Virus record (IMG/VR): IMGVR_UViG_3300042557_001444
Coordinates: 1-6,982 of that record
Length of the DNA stretch: 6,982 nt
From: a virus
Reading direction: 5' to 3' (one strand)
Below are positions 6,306 through 6,982 of this stretch, in pieces (the stretch's first letter is position 1; each line of letters begins with the position of its first letter). The position numbers were made by a program, and so were the translations under genes. Below the pieces are notes generated by a model, which did no database searches, was not told where the DNA came from, and saw nothing but the letters and a program-made list of their open reading frames with translations.

Positions 6306-6317
6306 GTCCGAAAGGAC
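6306..6317 (+). other. GNRA-tetraloop hairpin (GTCC-GAAA-GGAC) in the intergenic region after the Nudix gene
   Basis: It is a perfect 4-bp stem closed by GAAA. No T-run follows, so it is not a classic terminator. Confidence 0.4.
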
Positions 6318-6351
6318 AAACATCCCCACAATGATAGTTTCATAAAATAAA

Positions 6352-6383
6352 TTTGACAAAATGAGAATTTTGTTTTAACTTTG
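6352..6383 (+). promoter_or_regulatory. Bacteroidota-type promoter (Pa)
   Basis: TTTG (6352-6355), a 20-nt spacer, then TAACTTTG (6376-6383). The 12-mer CTTTGTGAAACA (6379-6390) is identical to that of promoter Pc (6623-6634). Confidence 0.55.
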
Positions 6384-6417
6384 TGAAACAAATGAGATGA
6401 GAGTCTCAAAAAAAAAA

Positions 6418-6467
6418 TGTCCCACAGATATTTGATTATTTGAAAAAATAAGATTAAGTTTGTGGGA
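6418..6467 (+). other. long composite hairpin enclosing promoter Pb
   Basis: The outer stem is GTCCCACA (6418-6425) with TGTGGGAC (6460-6467). The inner stem is TTATTT (6435-6440), GAAA loop, AAATAA (6445-6450). TTATTTT follows. Confidence 0.4.
6430..6461 (+). promoter_or_regulatory. Bacteroidota-type promoter (Pb) for the tRNA gene
   Basis: TTTG (6430-6433), a 20-nt spacer, then TAAGTTTG (6454-6461). The -7 box ends 40 nt before the tRNA 5' end. Confidence 0.6.
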
Positions 6468-6501
6468 CTTATTTTAAAAGTTCTTTGAATAAAAAATATA
6501 T

Positions 6502-6574
<73 letters not shown>

Positions 6575-6587
6575 CAAAAAAACTTTC

Positions 6588-6628
6588 ACAAAAAGTTTGG
6601 TAAATTAAAAAGTTTATCTTACCTTTGT
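6588..6628 (+). repeat. 41-nt direct repeat, copy 1 (contains promoter Pc)
   Basis: ACAAAAAGTTTGGTAAATTAAAAAGTTTATCTTACCTTTGT. It matches 6702-6742 at 40 of 41 positions (A6607 versus G6721), offset 114 nt. Confidence 0.9.
6596..6627 (+). promoter_or_regulatory. Bacteroidota-type promoter (Pc)
   Basis: TTTG (6596-6599), a 20-nt spacer, then TACCTTTG (6620-6627). Confidence 0.55.
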
Positions 6629-6701
6629 GAAACATTTGACAATCACCGAATTCAAATCTCACTATCGGTAGTTATAGAGTAAGATTGTTAAAAAAAAGTT
6701 T

Positions 6702-6742
6702 ACAAAAAGTTTGGTAAATTGAAAAGTTTATCTTACCTTTGT
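6702..6742 (+). repeat. 41-nt direct repeat, copy 2 (contains promoter Pd)
   Basis: It matches 6588-6628 at 40 of 41 positions. Confidence 0.9.
6710..6741 (+). promoter_or_regulatory. Bacteroidota-type promoter (Pd)
   Basis: TTTG (6710-6713), a 20-nt spacer, then TACCTTTG (6734-6741). Confidence 0.55.
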
Positions 6743-6744
6743 AG

Positions 6745-6982
6745 ACCAACCAAGAAAAGGTTAACGTTGTTGTAAAACTTTGGTTCCCTTTTCTAAAATT
6801 GAAATTCGTTCTTTGAATATATAATATTTATCCGTTCAGTAGTTGATTATGAGACCTTCGGGTTGATTATGAGACATTTAATCTGATAAAGGTAATCGGC
6901 CGTATATGGTCGTTAAATAAACCACGAAAGTGGGATAAAGTGAACCTGTTGTGTTAACAGGATTGCGGCTTCGGTAACGGAG
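6745..6982 (+). ncRNA. candidate structured non-coding RNA of unknown class, truncated by the window end
   Basis: It sits downstream of the tandem promoters Pc and Pd. No ORF longer than a few codons is present. Several compact hairpins have extra-stable loops:
- GACC-TTCG-GGTT (6853-6864)
- CGGCC-GTATAT-GGTCG (6897-6912)
- CCAC-GAAA-GTGG (6922-6933)
- CCTGTT-GTGTT-AACAGG (6945-6961)
- CTTCGG (6969-6974)
- AGAAAAGG with CCTTTTCT (6753-6760 and 6787-6794). Confidence 0.45.
6842..6875 (+). repeat. two perfect 14-nt direct repeats (GTTGATTATGAGAC) spaced 20 nt apart, flanking a UUCG hairpin
   Basis: The copies lie at 6842-6855 and 6862-6875, separated only by CTTCGG. Confidence 0.85.

Noticed and set aside
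6629-6700. Second tRNA or tRNA remnant downstream of promoter Pc (contains TTCAAATC and an ACCGA/TCGGT stem)
   Set aside because: No cloverleaf can be drawn. There is no acceptor stem and no anticodon arm, and the T-loop-like string lacks a flanking complementary stem. No terminator precedes Pd either, so this is more likely spacer between tandem promoters.
6588-6742. Possible CRISPR array (41-nt repeats separated by 73 nt)
   Set aside because: There are only two copies, and the spacer is much longer than the repeat. The repeat itself is a complete -33/-7 promoter. No cas genes are in view. A duplicated promoter cassette explains it better.

Overview
This is an AT-rich, gene-dense window that reads like an auxiliary or early region of a tailed phage or prophage infecting a Bacteroidota host. 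The host call rests on five exact copies of the Bacteroidota housekeeping promoter architecture (TTTG-N19/20-TAnnTTTG), A-rich leaders before start codons, and no Shine-Dalgarno motifs.

I support nine CDSs:
- a small unknown ORF
- a eukaryote-like type II glutamine synthetase
- a DUF3310 protein
- an orphan beta-class N4/N6 DNA methyltransferase with an odd SPKY catalytic motif
- a tight three-gene block: a TM-hairpin protein, a small peptidoglycan-binding-domain protein and a DHH/DHHA1 phosphoesterase
- one opposite-strand DUF192 gene wedged between its neighbours
- a Nudix hydrolase

The last ~715 bp (6267-6982) has no credible ORF. It carries four of the promoters, two of them inside a 41-nt duplicated cassette. 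It also carries an initiator-type tRNA-Met(CAU) with a non-canonical D arm, and a hairpin-rich stretch with GNRA and UUCG tetraloops that runs off the window. That stretch is the best candidate here for an undescribed structured RNA.

I saw no CRISPR array, rRNA, integrase, transposase or restriction endonuclease. All protein family calls come from motif recognition by eye and need HMM or BLAST confirmation.
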